The position numbers and the translations under genes are program-made. Source: Chiloscyllium plagiosum (lineage: Eukaryota). Taken from it: a stretch of 64,000 bases of DNA. Positions 12,251-24,513 of this stretch are shown piece by piece. The stretch lies in the NCBI RefSeq assembly GCF_004010195.1, contig NC_057719.1, positions 5,820,570 through 5,884,569 of the forward strand, written 5' to 3'. Under the pieces are notes generated by a model that saw only the letters and a program-made list of their open reading frames with translations, was not told the origin of the DNA and ran no database searches. The stretch's first letter is position 1. Every line of letters begins with the position of its first letter.

Positions 12251-13719
12251 GTCAGGGGATATGTTCCAGGACATAGCGTGGAAGCCCGCAACTGCGAATA
12301 GGAGCGAACCCATTCACTTAAATAGGAAACGTACTGTCCCAGCAGCCTCCTGGTCCCTGATTCCAGAACATTCCCTATGATATGTTCTGGCTGCGGGTAA
12401 CTGAACCAATGGAAAATGATTCCACAGATACGTGTGTCGCCTCTATCTCCATACTCCAACTGTGGAAAGCAGCTTTCTGCTGCAATACTGGTTTCCACCC
12501 TAACTATCCCATTGTGACTCAGAGTTACTGCTAACCTAAAGGTCTGTGGCATAGACCTGTATTTCTCTAGGCGTTAGATTTGAGCTGGATTAACTCATTT
12601 CATATAAGATCCTTCTATCACATACAATTTTCATAAATAATCTGATTTTCAACATTTTGGCAGTTACCATCTGTGATATGACCTGAGAGAGAACTGAAAG
12701 CTGACTCACTTTTACTGGCATAAGATCTGTTTCCATCAGAAGATTTGAAGTTAAATATAGACACTGTGGGTGTTACATAGACTCAGTAGTTTTCTTCTTA
12801 ATTATCAGGATTTTTTGTCTTCTCTTCACTGAACAGTTTCCAATTATTTTTCCCCTTGGATAATTTTTTATTTTCCAGATTTTCTCCCTTAACCATCTGT
12901 TTAATTATCTTGCAATCATGAGTTTTTTTTCCATTTCTTCGAACTGTAAGTGTTCCTTGCTTTCCAAAATCTTCTCTTGCTCTGCATTCCAATCACATTA
13001 GGAGCCCTATCATGTTGCTTTTATATTTCCCTGCTTGCAACTGCAAATTATACTTTAAGAAGGAAAATCACTAACTTTATTTATGAATATCATTGTTCCC
13101 TTCTTTCTTTCTCCTTCCCTTCTCCCTCCTGCCCCCACCACCACCACCACCACAAAAACCACCACCTGTGATTTTGACCACTTTTTTCTGGGCTTTTTCT
13201 TTGAACAATTTTTCAAATACCTGTGACACTTCATAAAAGTGCAGAACTTTACTAATCATTATCATGCAAGATTGCCCTTAAGTACAGCCGGGAAGGAAAA
13301 CAGTCAAGGAAAGAGAAACCGCAGGAGACCAGCACTATCAAAATGCTGAGAGAACTGGCATGAGCCAAATGGCCTCTTTCTACCCATAACAATTCTGAGA
13401 TTCTGGTTCGGATAGATATGACTTGAGTATTCCTCTGCAGATCTTCAGCAGTCACACACCTTTCATTTTAAAGACAAGTGTAGTGGTTGTAATGAGGTCA
13501 GCCAGGTGGACTTCAAAGAAAATGAGTTCCCTGAATGGGCTGTTAATCTGGACCAGGGAGCTCTGGCTGACAGATATAAGCAGGAGTGCAGAGTTCTGTT
13601 CACTCTGAGATCTGGTTCTGAGAAAGTTAGACCAGTGTCAAGTACAATGCACATGTAAGTAAAAGGTGACTTGTTGATGGGATACTAGCCTCTGTGAAGT
13701 TATTTCAATAAGAGAAAGG

Positions 13720-14115
13720 AAACTTACTTATATAACTCCTTATACTACCTCATGACATCCAGAAACACCTTATAACTTGTGAAGTACTTTGAATGTGTAA
13801 TCAGTGTTATACGAAACACATTTTCTCAATTTTCACAAAGCAAGCCCCTCCCAATAACTATATGGTAATAACCAGATTTTTAAATATGATTATTGAATGA
13901 AAAAATAACTATTGGTCACACCAAGGATAACTTCCTTGGTTTTTCTTTTGATGCTGAGATCTTCTTTGTCTCCATAGAGGGAAGATGACTTAATATCTCA
14001 GCCAAAAGATGACAACTCTGACACTGTAACTGTCCCTCAGCACCATGCTAGGTGTGTCACACTTGTGCTTGTGTCTCAGGAGTAGAACTCTAAACTATGA
14101 CTTTCTAATTCAGAG
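13720..14115 (-). mobile_element. Decayed DeuSINE
   Basis: Reverse complement resembles 51660-52080 (ttaatatctcagccaaaagatgacaactctgacactgtaactgtccctcag). Confidence 0.55.
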
Positions 14116-14426
14116 AGAGACCTTCCTTTGGAGAGGTTGGTTAAGAGATAAATGTTGGCCAGGCATCAAATAAACTACTCACTCTTTCTTGAGTAGTGCC
14201 ACAAATTGACCAGTTAAGTAAGGAATACATATTGCCCCAGAACACCAGACAGAATTCCTTTCTTCAAAAAATTCAAATAAAAGAACAGACGGTGATAATG
14301 TCCCTTCCAAAGGAGTCACCGCCTCCTTCAGGATTGCACTGGAATGGCAGTCTAAATACTGTTTTCAAGTTTCTGGTCCTCAGTTGGAGACTGGACTTCA
14401 GAAAAAAAAGGCATAAAGGAAAGAAT

Positions 14427-14779
14427 GGGTGGCACACAGTAGCTCATTGGCTAGCACTGCTGTCTCATAGCACCAAGGACCCAGGTTCAATTCCATCCTC
14501 AAGCGACTGTCTCTGTGGAGTTTGCACATTCTCCCTATGCCTGTGTGTGGTTTCCTTCAGATGCTCCAATTTCCTCCCACAGTCCAACGATGTGCAGTTT
14601 AGGTGGATTGGCCATGCTAAACTACAGGGGTGTGTAGGTTAGTTGGAATAGTCAGGGGAAATACAGAGGTACAGGGATAGTGGGGGAGGTGGGGGGGTTC
14701 TGGGTGGGATGCTCTGTGGAGGGTTGGCTTGGACTTGTTGGGCTGAATGGCCTGTTTCCACACTGTGGGGATTCTATGA
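14427..14779 (+). mobile_element. V-SINE (HE1-like)
   Basis: Full head-to-tail copy ending gattctatga. Confidence 0.85.
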
Positions 14780-14963
14780 AATAATTAGAGCAGGAATTTG
14801 GAAGGGAAGAATTTTAAAAAAAAACAATGTAGGAGTAAGCTATGTACAAGAGTTTGTCTTTGAAATACTTATTTTTCATGGTGATGAAACCAATAATATT
14901 AAAAGTGCACAGTTTTCTCTTTGTTTTATACCAAACATTTTTCTTGCATTCTATACCTTGCAG

Positions 14964-15136
14964 ACAATTGCCAGACAACTTGCCGAAATACTACTACGAG
15001 GAATGTGTGAGCAGAGCTACTGGAATCCACTGGAAGACCCTCCACAGCATTCCCTACTGGATGACCCGCTACATGTGAGCTCTAACACAAAGAATTATGC
15101 ACTAAGCAGGAGGCCCAAAGTGTATACTGGAGATAG
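14964..15136 (+). CDS. TTC7B: TTC7B internal exon B (173 nt): TIARQLAEILLRGMCEQSYWNPLEDPP...KVYTGD
   Basis: Pyrimidine tract plus ttgcag acceptor; GTGAGT donor at 15137. Phase 0 to phase 2; continues directly from ...QNLRM. Confidence 0.96.
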
Positions 15137-16219
15137 GTGAGTCGTAGGAAGATGAAAACATACGCTTCATCATTTTAGTCTATTCTGCCATCCAAATAAA
15201 TCTGGTTTATAATCCATGATAATCTTGCCAGACACAAATCTAACAATCTCAGTTTCAGTTGACTCCCATCCTAAGCAGTACATTTGAGAAAAAGAGTTCC
15301 ACATTTCCAGCACCTCATGGGGCCATCCAGCTCAATTCCATACCTTGGCTTTATGATGCAAAATGTCCTCCACATAAACTGAGGTTGATTATTTTGAATG
15401 ATCTATCCACCCAAATTGGGTAAGAAAAATGGCGCCTGTTCTCTGTTATTGAAAAATGTTTAATTCAAATTCTGGGTCCTTACAGAATTTTGTTATAACA
15501 AAAATAATAATTGATTTCTCAGGAACAGATGGATAAGCCCAACACTGGAAGAGTAATGAATTATTCAATGCTTGCTATTTTTTGGTGGCACCCTGAAAGC
15601 TGTAGTATTATTCAGGGCTAATTTCTAGTTTTCTCCTTGTTTTCTTAGGTCTTTCATACGAAACCTAATTATCGTCATTAAGCTTCAGAATGGACTATTC
15701 TGCCTAGGGAGGTTTTTTGGTGCTGAACCTTATGAATGTTTGGCCCCAGATGGTTTAACTAATTAAGTGCCCTTAATGTCAGTTGCACTGATAATTGTGA
15801 TCCTTAAGAACTGCAGAACTGCATCTGATGGTTTGCTCAGAAATTTATTTTGGTTTTATGATGATAAATTACATTGCCTGTATTGATTGTACAGCTGGGA
15901 CACCAGCTCAGTTATACAGATTGTTGATGATGAACATTTATTTCCCAAGGTACATGCTATCTAATCCTTTTAAGCCATCAAGTGCATGCCAATTTATTTT
16001 GAGGCTTACTTTTATTCCTTTCAAATCAGATGCCACATCATCTTCCATATGTTGGTTTACCTGGCTGTTTCAGAAGGAAGTTTATTGTCCTAAAAGAAGC
16101 CCTTGCTAGTTTCTTTTGCTAAGACAAAGCTACTTTGGTAGGCTGTTGAATAGGCTTAAATCCTTAGCTTAGTTTTCTTTATTTCTATTTATTATAAATT
16201 CTTCTCGAAATCAATGACC

Positions 16220-16537
16220 GGCACGGTGGCTCAGTGGTTAGCACTGCTGCCTCACAGCGCCAAGACCCGGGTTCAATTCCCGCCTCAGGCGACTGACTGT
16301 GTGGAGTTTGCACATTCTCCCCGTGTCTGCGTGGGTTTCCTCCAGGTGCTCCGGTTTCCTCCCACAGTCCAAAAATGTGCAGGTTAGGTGAATTGGCCAT
16401 GCTAAATTGCCGTAGTGTTAGGTGAAGGGGTATATGTAGGAGAATGGGGTCTGGGTGGGTGCGCTTCGGCCGGTCGATGTGGACTTGTTGGGCCGCAGGG
16501 CCTGTTTCCACACTGTAACTAATCTAATCTAATCTAA
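16220..16537 (+). mobile_element. Young V-SINE (HE1-like)
   Basis: Intact A/B boxes, CpGs retained, (ctaat)n tail. Confidence 0.92.
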
Positions 16538-17130
16538 ATGTGGAATGATACTTAAGAAGCTGGGCTTGCCATCCTTAGATTGGAGATGATTAAGGAAAGG
16601 TTTAATACAGGTATTCAAAATCGTCAGTGGTTTTGATAAAGTAGGATCATTAATCTGACAGAGAAAACAAAGTTATGATTGGCAAAAGGATGAAGAGGCT
16701 GGATGAAGAGAAAATTGTTTTTATGCAGCAAATTCTGATCTGGAATGTGCTGTCTGCAGGAAGAAAATAACTGGCTTCCGTCAGCTGTCAGGTATTGTTA
16801 CTGCAAAGAGAGATCATCCTGGCCTCCCAACAGTCCAAAGGTTTTGTCCTTGTATCATTCACGTACACAAGCTGTTCAGGCACCCAGGAACCAATCAGAG
16901 TTTGTTGTCAGGCTGATGATCCTCTTTGGCATCCACACCTCATCACAATTTGCACAAACCAATCAGCTGTTTGTGGCTGGCCACATTTTGCTCTGCATGC
17001 AACCCATGGTGTTGGACCTACAAACAGCTTCCCCCACTACTTGAACAAAGCAGCAGTGTAAACATCACACACAACGTGTTTCAGTATCTTGTTTTAAAAA
17101 GTGCAACAGTGCCTTCCACAATCAAAAATA

Positions 17131-17486
17131 GGGTGGCACGGTGGCTCTGTGGTTACCACTGCTGCCTCACAGCACCAGGGACCTGGGTTCGATTCCAGCC
17201 TCAGGCAACTATCTGTGTGGAGTTTGCACGTTCTCCCCCTGTGTGCGTGGGTTTCGTCCGGGTGCTCTGGTTTCTTCCCACAGTCCAAAGATGTGCAGGT
17301 GAGGTGAATTGGCCATGTTAAATTATCCATAGTGTTCAGAGATGTGTAGGTTAGGTGCACTAGTCCGGGTAAATGTAGAGTAATAGCATAGGGGAATGGA
17401 TCCGGGTGGGTTACTCTTCAGAGGGTCAGTGTGGACTTATTGGGCCGAAGAGCCTGTTTCAACACTGTAGGGATTCTGTGATTCTA
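17131..17486 (+). mobile_element. V-SINE (HE1-like)
   Basis: Full-length copy ending gattctgtgattcta. Confidence 0.9.
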
Positions 17487-18774
17487 AGTGATGCATTATA
17501 TACAGAGTTAACAGAAAACTGTGATCAGGCACCCCAAAGAGCCCACCAATAGCAGTTTGGGGCAAGACAGATTCCATGGTTCCTCAGCAACTCATTCAGA
17601 TGGTAGTGACTGCATGGGCCATTGAATCTCATTACAACTTTGTTTCCTTTGCCTGGGATTCCAGTTCATTTTTTGAAGACTAATATTGGAACTCATTTAG
17701 AAATTGCTTGGTCTTGGACTGTCTCAGAACTGATCTAGTCTGCTCACACAAGACTTCCTTCTGCTAGATTCTTCAGGTGGCACTTCAATACCTACTCATG
17801 AGCACAATTCCAACTCTTATGCAGACAGCTACTTTTATTGAGCTGACAGTGCTCCTGGATTTCTCCAACCTCCAGTATTTCACAGCTTCACCAAATAAGT
17901 ATTACCTGTTGGCTTCCTTTAACCATGCTGTCAGCTAACAGATAGATCATAGGACTTCAGTGAGCCTTCAAAGTTAAACATAGCTCTTAACTGCACAGAG
18001 ATGACGTATTTGGCTGCCCCTATCTCTGTATCGCAGAGCTCGTGATCTTCCATTGCCTTCTCAGCTCCTCAGGATTCCTTGTGAACCCTGAGTGCCTGGA
18101 GCCTGCTAACTAAAGCATCTTTGCTGCTTACAGCTTTTTCTCCCTTTTTCTAACCTTAATTAACCAACAGGTGGAATTAGCAGCCAGTATCATCTCTAAG
18201 ATGTACAACTGAACAACCGCACAGAGGTTCCACACGTGATGCATTGCCTTCTGATTCCAAAACCACCTCTGCATACAGATCTGAGAAGTCTGTGCAATAG
18301 CAGGAAAATTGACAGGGAAACCTAGATAGCAACCTGCTACTGTCTCTGACCAGCTAACTGGATCCTTTGTACACCACTATCATAGGCAGGCACAGCTGCC
18401 TTTGCAACAACTGCCATAGCACCCATAATACTGTGCTGAAGTTTTGAAGCCTGGATTATTCTGTGCACACATCAGAACTCTTGCCTGGAAATCACTCTCT
18501 CAGAGGGACATGTATTCTGTGTTTCTTAACAAATAAAAATAATGTTAGAGGAACTGAGAATCAGTGAAGTGAAGAAGAGCTCATTGGGTTAGCACTAGAA
18601 TCTGATCCAAGTTTTGGGAAAACTGAAGTTTCTGAAATGTACGAAAGCAAATTGTGAAGTAATTTAAATCACTGTAATAGTTGTAGAGTAGCTTAGGCCA
18701 CCGACGCAATTAAGCCTATAGCAAGTTAAAAATCACACGACACCAGGTTATAGTCCAACAGGTTTAATTGGAAG

Positions 18775-18809
18775 CACTAGCTTTCGGAGCACCGCTCCTT
18801 CATCAGGTG
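18775..18809 (-). ncRNA. Mirror hammerhead motif (PLE family 2)
   Basis: Reverse strand reads CAC-CUGAUGA-A-GGAGC-ggu-GCUCC-GAAAG-CUA-GUG. Confidence 0.7.
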
Positions 18810-18818
18810 ATTGACAAT

Positions 18819-18853
18819 CACCTGATGAAGGAGCGGCGCTCCGAAAGCTAGTG
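18819..18853 (+). ncRNA. Minimal type I hammerhead ribozyme motif (PLE family 2)
   Basis: CAC-CUGAUGA-A-GGAGC-ggc-GCUCC-GAAAG-CUA^-GUG: 3-bp stem I, 5-bp stem II, palindromic AGCU stem III. Confidence 0.75.
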
Positions 18854-20934
18854 CTTCCAATTAAACCTGTTGGACTATAACCTGGTGTTGTGTGATTTTT
18901 AACTTTGTACACCCCAGTCCAACACCGGCACCTCCAACTCAAGCCTATAGCAGCCTTTTTTATTAATCAAGTAATCCTGTTCGTCCCGTTCTTCATCATG
19001 TCACTGCAGTTTTTCTTTGTATATTTGTCCAATTCCCTTATGATAGCCACAGAATTTGTACCCACTTCCCTAAATAGAATGCTTTGCAAATCCTTACCAC
19101 TCATATAATAAAAAACACTTTTTCCTCATTTTCTTTTCAATTTTTTGACATTTATCTTAAATATGAACTCTCTGGTCATAAATTCTTGGTCATTGAAAAT
19201 ATGATTTTAAAATACTTCTGTTGAATCTTCTCTTAGCCTTCCCTGTGCTAAGGAAAACCATCCCAGCTTCTCCAGTCTATCCAAATAACTATTAACACTC
19301 ATTCTTAGAACAAATTCCAGTAAATATCATTTGTATTGTCTTCAAAGTCTTCATGATTTTCCTACATTGAGACCTGAGGTGATAAAGGCATATGTAATGA
19401 TTTCAGTAGCGAAGAACAGGGGATGTTACAGAGAAGATGAATAGGCGAAGTTTTCTAGTGGAGAGAATCTAAGGTTCACCTTTGAGATGACCAGATGATG
19501 AAGTTGCTAACACTCTATTTTGAACCAAGAATATGGCAGAGTATGAAGAGCAGACCAGAAAATTGAAAAGGTACAGATTTTATGTTAGGCTCAAGAGCAA
19601 GGCTTTCATCTGAAGGCTTAGTGAGAAGTCACTCAAGTACTTATTTTTCAAGCAGCATTCACTGTCCAGTATCAAAGGCAAAGAATATTCACTAGTTGTC
19701 AATGCCTTTGGGATCATACCTCAGTTCCACTCATGACCTGAGTAGAGGGGAGAGATGAACGAATGGTGATTCTGACCATGTGAGCATAACCACCAGCAGA
19801 ATAGCAGGCTTTCAAACCTCTAATTGTGACCCAACCAAAATACAACAGAATTTAGCAGATTTATGTTTCCTAATACTTCCTGGAAGGTTTGGAATATTGC
19901 TGTTATAAATTTATTGACGCTTACTTTCTGGAGTGATCTGCAGGTGTAAAACAGAAGCTTTGTAAATTTCAGTTAGCTGATACAGACTCTACTGTCTGCT
20001 GTTATCTGGTGTCAGACAGTCTGGATTGGAGCAAGTGAAAAGGAGTAGAGTGCACAGCAGACTACAGGAAAGATCTCCAAATTTTCACTACAATCTGCAA
20101 AGGAGTGCTTCCTGACATCACCTGTCTGAACAGACTAGATCTAAGTTTAAACTTGTACCATCACCACACCTTGTTTTGCACTTGTCCACCAGATGAAGTA
20201 GATTCTCCTGTCTGTCCTTTCAACTCTTTGAACAACTTAAACACCTCAGTTAGCTTTCTCCTTAATTTCCTACATTCAGGAGAGTAGAAGCTCAGTCTTT
20301 GCCATAAGACCAGGGGAGCAGGATCTCCTTTCCCTTCCAGTGCTGAACAATTTTACAAAGCAAGAAGTTATGAAACATGGTTTCTGTGTCTGCACTGAGT
20401 GGTACATTTAAAAATTAGCTTGAATTGTCATTCTTCAGTACCTTGGACATTCTGCTGTTCAGGTTTATCCAGAACCAAAGCTTTTTATTCATGTGAGCAC
20501 AAATTGCAGTCATGTTGAAAAAGTTCTACTTCTGATGTATCTTCAAATAGCTACTGTCACAAAAGTCCTGAGGTAATCAGCCAAATCTCATGGATCAGAA
20601 AAGCAAATTTTCTTTGATGAAGAGTGTGGTTAAAATGCAAAATTCACTTCCTCACAGAATAGTTAAGGTGAATAGTATGAGAAGTCTGGATAATTATGTG
20701 AGGGAGAAAGGAATGGATGGATATTTTAACAGGTCAAGTGAATTAAAATGGGGGAAACTTTTATGGAATATATGGAATTTTAAAACCATTAGGCCAAATG
20801 ACCAGTTTCAGTTCTGTTAAGTCATTGTCAAATTGTTGCTATGCACTTTAATTCAAAGCACATAACATATTAAGTCTGAGGATGTAACTTACAGGTGCAG
20901 AACTGGTGTTTTCCTTGATGCACCATGTAACAGT

Positions 20935-22120
20935 TTATTTATTTATTTGTGTGACATGGGCATTGCTGGTTGCCCAGCATTTATTGACCATTCCTTGTGT
21001 CCTTGAGACGGTGGTGGTCAGCTGCCACCTTGAATTGCTGCAGCCCTGTGCTATAAGTTGATCGCAATGCCCTTAGGGAGGGAATTTCAGGATTTTTGAC
21101 CCAGTGACGTTGAAGGAATGGCAATATATTTCCAAGTCAGGATGGTGAGTGGAACTTGCAGGTGTTCCTGTGTATCTGTTGCCCTTGCCCTTCTAGAGGG
21201 AAGTGGTCATGGGTTTGGAAGGTGGTGTCTGATGAATCTTGGTGAATTTATGCAGTGCATCTTGTAGATAGTGCACACAGTTGCTACTGAAGGTCAGTGG
21301 TAGAGTGTGTTGATGCTTGGGATGTTGTGCCAATCAAGTGGTCTACTTTATCCTGGATGGTGTTAAACTTCTTTAGTGTTGTTGGAGCTGCACTTATCTA
21401 GGCAAGTGGGAAGTACTCTATCACATTGCTGACTTTTGCCTTGTAGATAGGCTTTGGGGAGTCAGGATGAGTTACTCGCCACAGTATTACTAGCCTCTGA
21501 TCTCCTTTTGTAATCATTGTGTTTTTGTGGCAAGTCCAGTTAAGTTTCAGGTCAGTGGTAACTCCCCCTCCACCCCTTCCAGCCCCAAAAAAAGAATATT
21601 GATAGCAGGGAATTCAGTGATGGTAGCAGTATGGAATGTCAGGTGGTTAGGTTGTCTCTTTTTCGAGATGATCATTGCCTGGCATTTGTGTGGCATGAAT
21701 GTTACTTACCACATGTCAGCCCAAGCTTGCTATTGACCACATCTAGTTGCATTTGAATATGGGCAGTTTCAGTATTTAAGGAGTCATGAATGAGCGCTGT
21801 GCAGTCACTGTCATGTGTGGGGCGTGGGGGGGATGGTGGGGCATCATTGCTGAAGCAACTGAAGATGTTTGGGTGTAGGCCCAGTACCCTGATGAACTCT
21901 TGCTGAAATAACTGACCTCTAACTACTGCAACCATCTTCCTATCTGTGAGGTATGGCTCCAACCAGTGGCGAGTTTGCCCTGTCTAGAATAGAAAATTTC
22001 AGTTTTGCTGGGGCTCCCCAATGCCACATTTGATCACTTTGATGTCAAGGGTTGTCACATTTATCTCATGTTGAGAATTGAGTTCTTTTGTCCATTATTG
22101 AACCAAGGCTATAATGAGGT
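20935..22120 (-). mobile_element. 3' part of a second CR1/L2-group LINE lineage (other copies 3855-4160 minus, 42090-42660 plus)
   Basis: Shared peptide across copies: AQVRNMMEYSSLAWMGAA..LD.IQDKAA..SL.H..SVAAVCTIYKMHCRNS. Exact clade not determined. Confidence 0.7.
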
Positions 22121-23027
22121 GTTACAGGTTCCTAATGAGAGAAAAGAAAACCCGTGCTGATTAAGAAATTGTAGGTGTCTGGGAAGTGAAAATCAGCCAG
22201 CACTCCTGCTGCAGGAGCATTCTTGCTTGCATATTTGGATGCTTGGTTGGGAAAGGCTATGATTTCATTTGCCCTGCCTTAGAAATGAAGACCACTGAGG
22301 TGAGTTACCCATGAAATACTTCAATATTTCAGAGTGGGAATTTGAAAGGAAAACAAGGTCTAAAGGACCAATTTTCTGGTGATATTAAAGAAACCTGTTT
22401 TAATGACAATAGATTTTTCTTGTTTGGCCACTATCTTGTTATATTCTTCCTAGAGTTTGTTTTTCAAGGATGACCAAAGCTTTCACTTGACTGGGGAATA
22501 TTAAACCTATTTTTCAGATTATTAACTACTTTATGGTGCATAAAATGGGCACAATTCTCACCAACATTTTCATTTAAATTTACAGCAGGAGAAACCTCAC
22601 CCTGACTTTTCTTTTCAAAATTCAGATTATTGCTTGGTAATACAGAGCTGAAGTCATGCTACTAAGGGACGCTAAGTTGATGCTTTTCATCCTTCACTGA
22701 TTAGGACTAAGATGCAGTAAAAAAAAATTGGATAGAGAGAACCAACTTATACAGCATGGGAAGAGAATGCTGATTTTTTGAGCCATGTTGGCATGGCCAT
22801 ACAGTAGGAACATTTAGTTGTCAATCTCTGCTGGAATAACTCAGGTCATGTGTGCTCTCTAAATTGGCACTTTCTTTCTAATTTTGGTTTCTTGCATGTC
22901 ACGATGAAAAACTTTAATGTCTCTTTAGCAATGCTTAAATTTCAAATTACAGTTTTAGACTTTTCTTGACCAATTTTAAAAACTGAAAAGCTGTTAATTG
23001 CATTATTATATCCTCTTAATATTCCAG

Positions 23028-23091
23028 CATTTTCTGCCCTCAAGAAAACACAGAAGAGGCTCTTCTGTTGCTGCTCATTAGTGAATCTATG
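23028..23091 (+). CDS. TTC7B: TTC7B internal exon C (64 nt): (S)IFCPQENTEEALLLLLISESM
   Basis: attccag acceptor; GTAAGT donor at 23092. The first base completes the split codon AG|C. Not in the ORF track; translated by hand. Confidence 0.95.
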
Positions 23092-24436
23092 GTAAGTGTG
23101 ATTACTTGACAACTGAGGCACAAGTTCACTGTGTTGACATTTAATGTAATTTTAATAGTCCCGATGGAAATGATCACTTAATGCTTGTGAAATAGGGATG
23201 CTATGAAGAAATAGCATGTTAATAAATTCTGACTGTTCACTTTGACAGGTGCATTGGACTGCGCAGTTACAGCAAAGAAAGAATTCTCTTTAACTGGGCA
23301 TTCTGAGCTCCCATCTGCATACAGAAAAGTGCCATTCAACCCAACAAATCCAATGCTGGTGATTACTCAGCATTCCAGTGCCAAACACAGTGAGCACTGC
23401 ACTGTCTGTCTGGATTGTAGGTCAAAGTCCCTGGCTCACAAGCAAGGATGCTGTCAATTGAGCTATGGCTAGCACTTCAGATTCACAAAATCTTTACAGC
23501 AGCGAATAACGTCATTTGGCCATTTGGTCTCTGCATCACCTGTCCAAATGAACATTGTGCTTTAGTGCCCATTCTTCTGCCTCCTTGGTGTAACTATACA
23601 CGTTGTTCCTTTTCAAATATTGAACTAATGAACTCCATCACTGATTCAGTGAGGTCAAGGCTGACTACAGTCCATTCTTCAATAATGCAATGGTTGTGTC
23701 CTACCCAGTGTTATAAAAAAATTATGCTTTAGAAAGAGCACTTAAAGTGTTGACTCTGTAATTATATTACAGTCAACACATGTATTAAAGGTTTGTGCAG
23801 TAAAACAGTGTCCCCAATTCGTCAATCATGTCGCATTGAATTCGCATTGACACAATGCGAGTTATAACAATGATTTGTGTTGTGTCCGTAAAGATCAGCA
23901 AGAGAACAGATTGACTCTAGGTAAATTTTAACCAGCTTACCTATATCTATATAAATTCAGTCAATGATCATGAGAAGATTTATTCACAAGTTACATATCA
24001 TTTTTACAAGTTTTAACATTCCAAATAAGATGAAGTACTTGCAAGTCAACCAAATTTGATTTGGTATAATAAGGACTATGTAGCAAAGTTCTTGAGCTTA
24101 ATTCTTCTAGGTTGAAACTACATTCCAGTTTCAATTTACTGTCTTAAAAATAATTTTTTAATCACAAATCACTCGAATAAATTCCCATGCAGCCACCCAT
24201 ATGGGCTAGACCTACTTAGTTACTCCAGCAATTTGTGTTTTTGTTTCAAATCTCCAACATCCGCAGTTGTTTTTTTTTAATTTAGTATATCATAACACGT
24301 CTGAACTGGTTGATTAGAAAATATCAATCACCTGCCTTACCAAAGGGCAAAGTGAGGTCTGCAGATGCTGGAGATCAAAGTTGAAACTTTATTGCTGGAA
24401 CAGCACAGCAGGTCAGGCAGCATCCAGGGAACAGGA

Positions 24437-24474
24437 GATTCGACGTTTCGGGCACAGGCCCTTCTTCAGGAAAC
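24437..24474 (-). ncRNA. Mirror hammerhead motif on the other arm of the palindrome
   Basis: Reverse strand reads GUUUC-CUGAAGA-A-GGGC-cugu-GCCC-GAAAC-GUC-GAAUC (one stem I mismatch). Confidence 0.65.
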
Positions 24475-24475
24475 T

Positions 24476-24513
24476 GATTCCTGAAGAAGGGCCTGTGCCC
24501 GAAACGTCGAATC
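24476..24513 (+). ncRNA. Minimal type I hammerhead ribozyme motif (PLE family 1)
   Basis: GAUUC-CUGAAGA-A-GGGC-cugu-GCCC-GAAAC-GUC^-GAAUC: perfect 5-bp stem I, full core, 4-bp stem II, palindromic ACGU stem III. Activity untested. Confidence 0.75.

Larger units (their letters stand above)
18724..18940. mobile_element. Fold-back PLE family 2 mini-element
   Basis: 91-bp inverted arms 18723-18813 / 18815-18905 (2 mismatches, 1-nt spacer); TSD AAGCCTATAGCA at 18712-18723 and 18941-18952. Confidence 0.85.

Noticed and set aside
12950..13265. Poly-His and poly-Gly ORFs
   Set aside because: A short (CCA)n microsatellite at ~13135-13153.
16220..16290. tRNA-like sequences at V-SINE heads
   Set aside because: They continue into SINE body and tail, so they are not stand-alone tRNA genes.
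18723..18905. Possible pre-miRNA, terminator or DNA-transposon MITE
   Set aside because: The arms are too long and perfect, the long TSD differs in length between copies, and the hammerhead core with asymmetric tail fits a PLE origin better.
23768..23890. Possible Tc1/pogo-type MITE (TA-CAGTCAACAC start, internal tcgcattg/caatgcga palindrome)
   Set aside because: The right terminal repeat is too degenerate to support the call.
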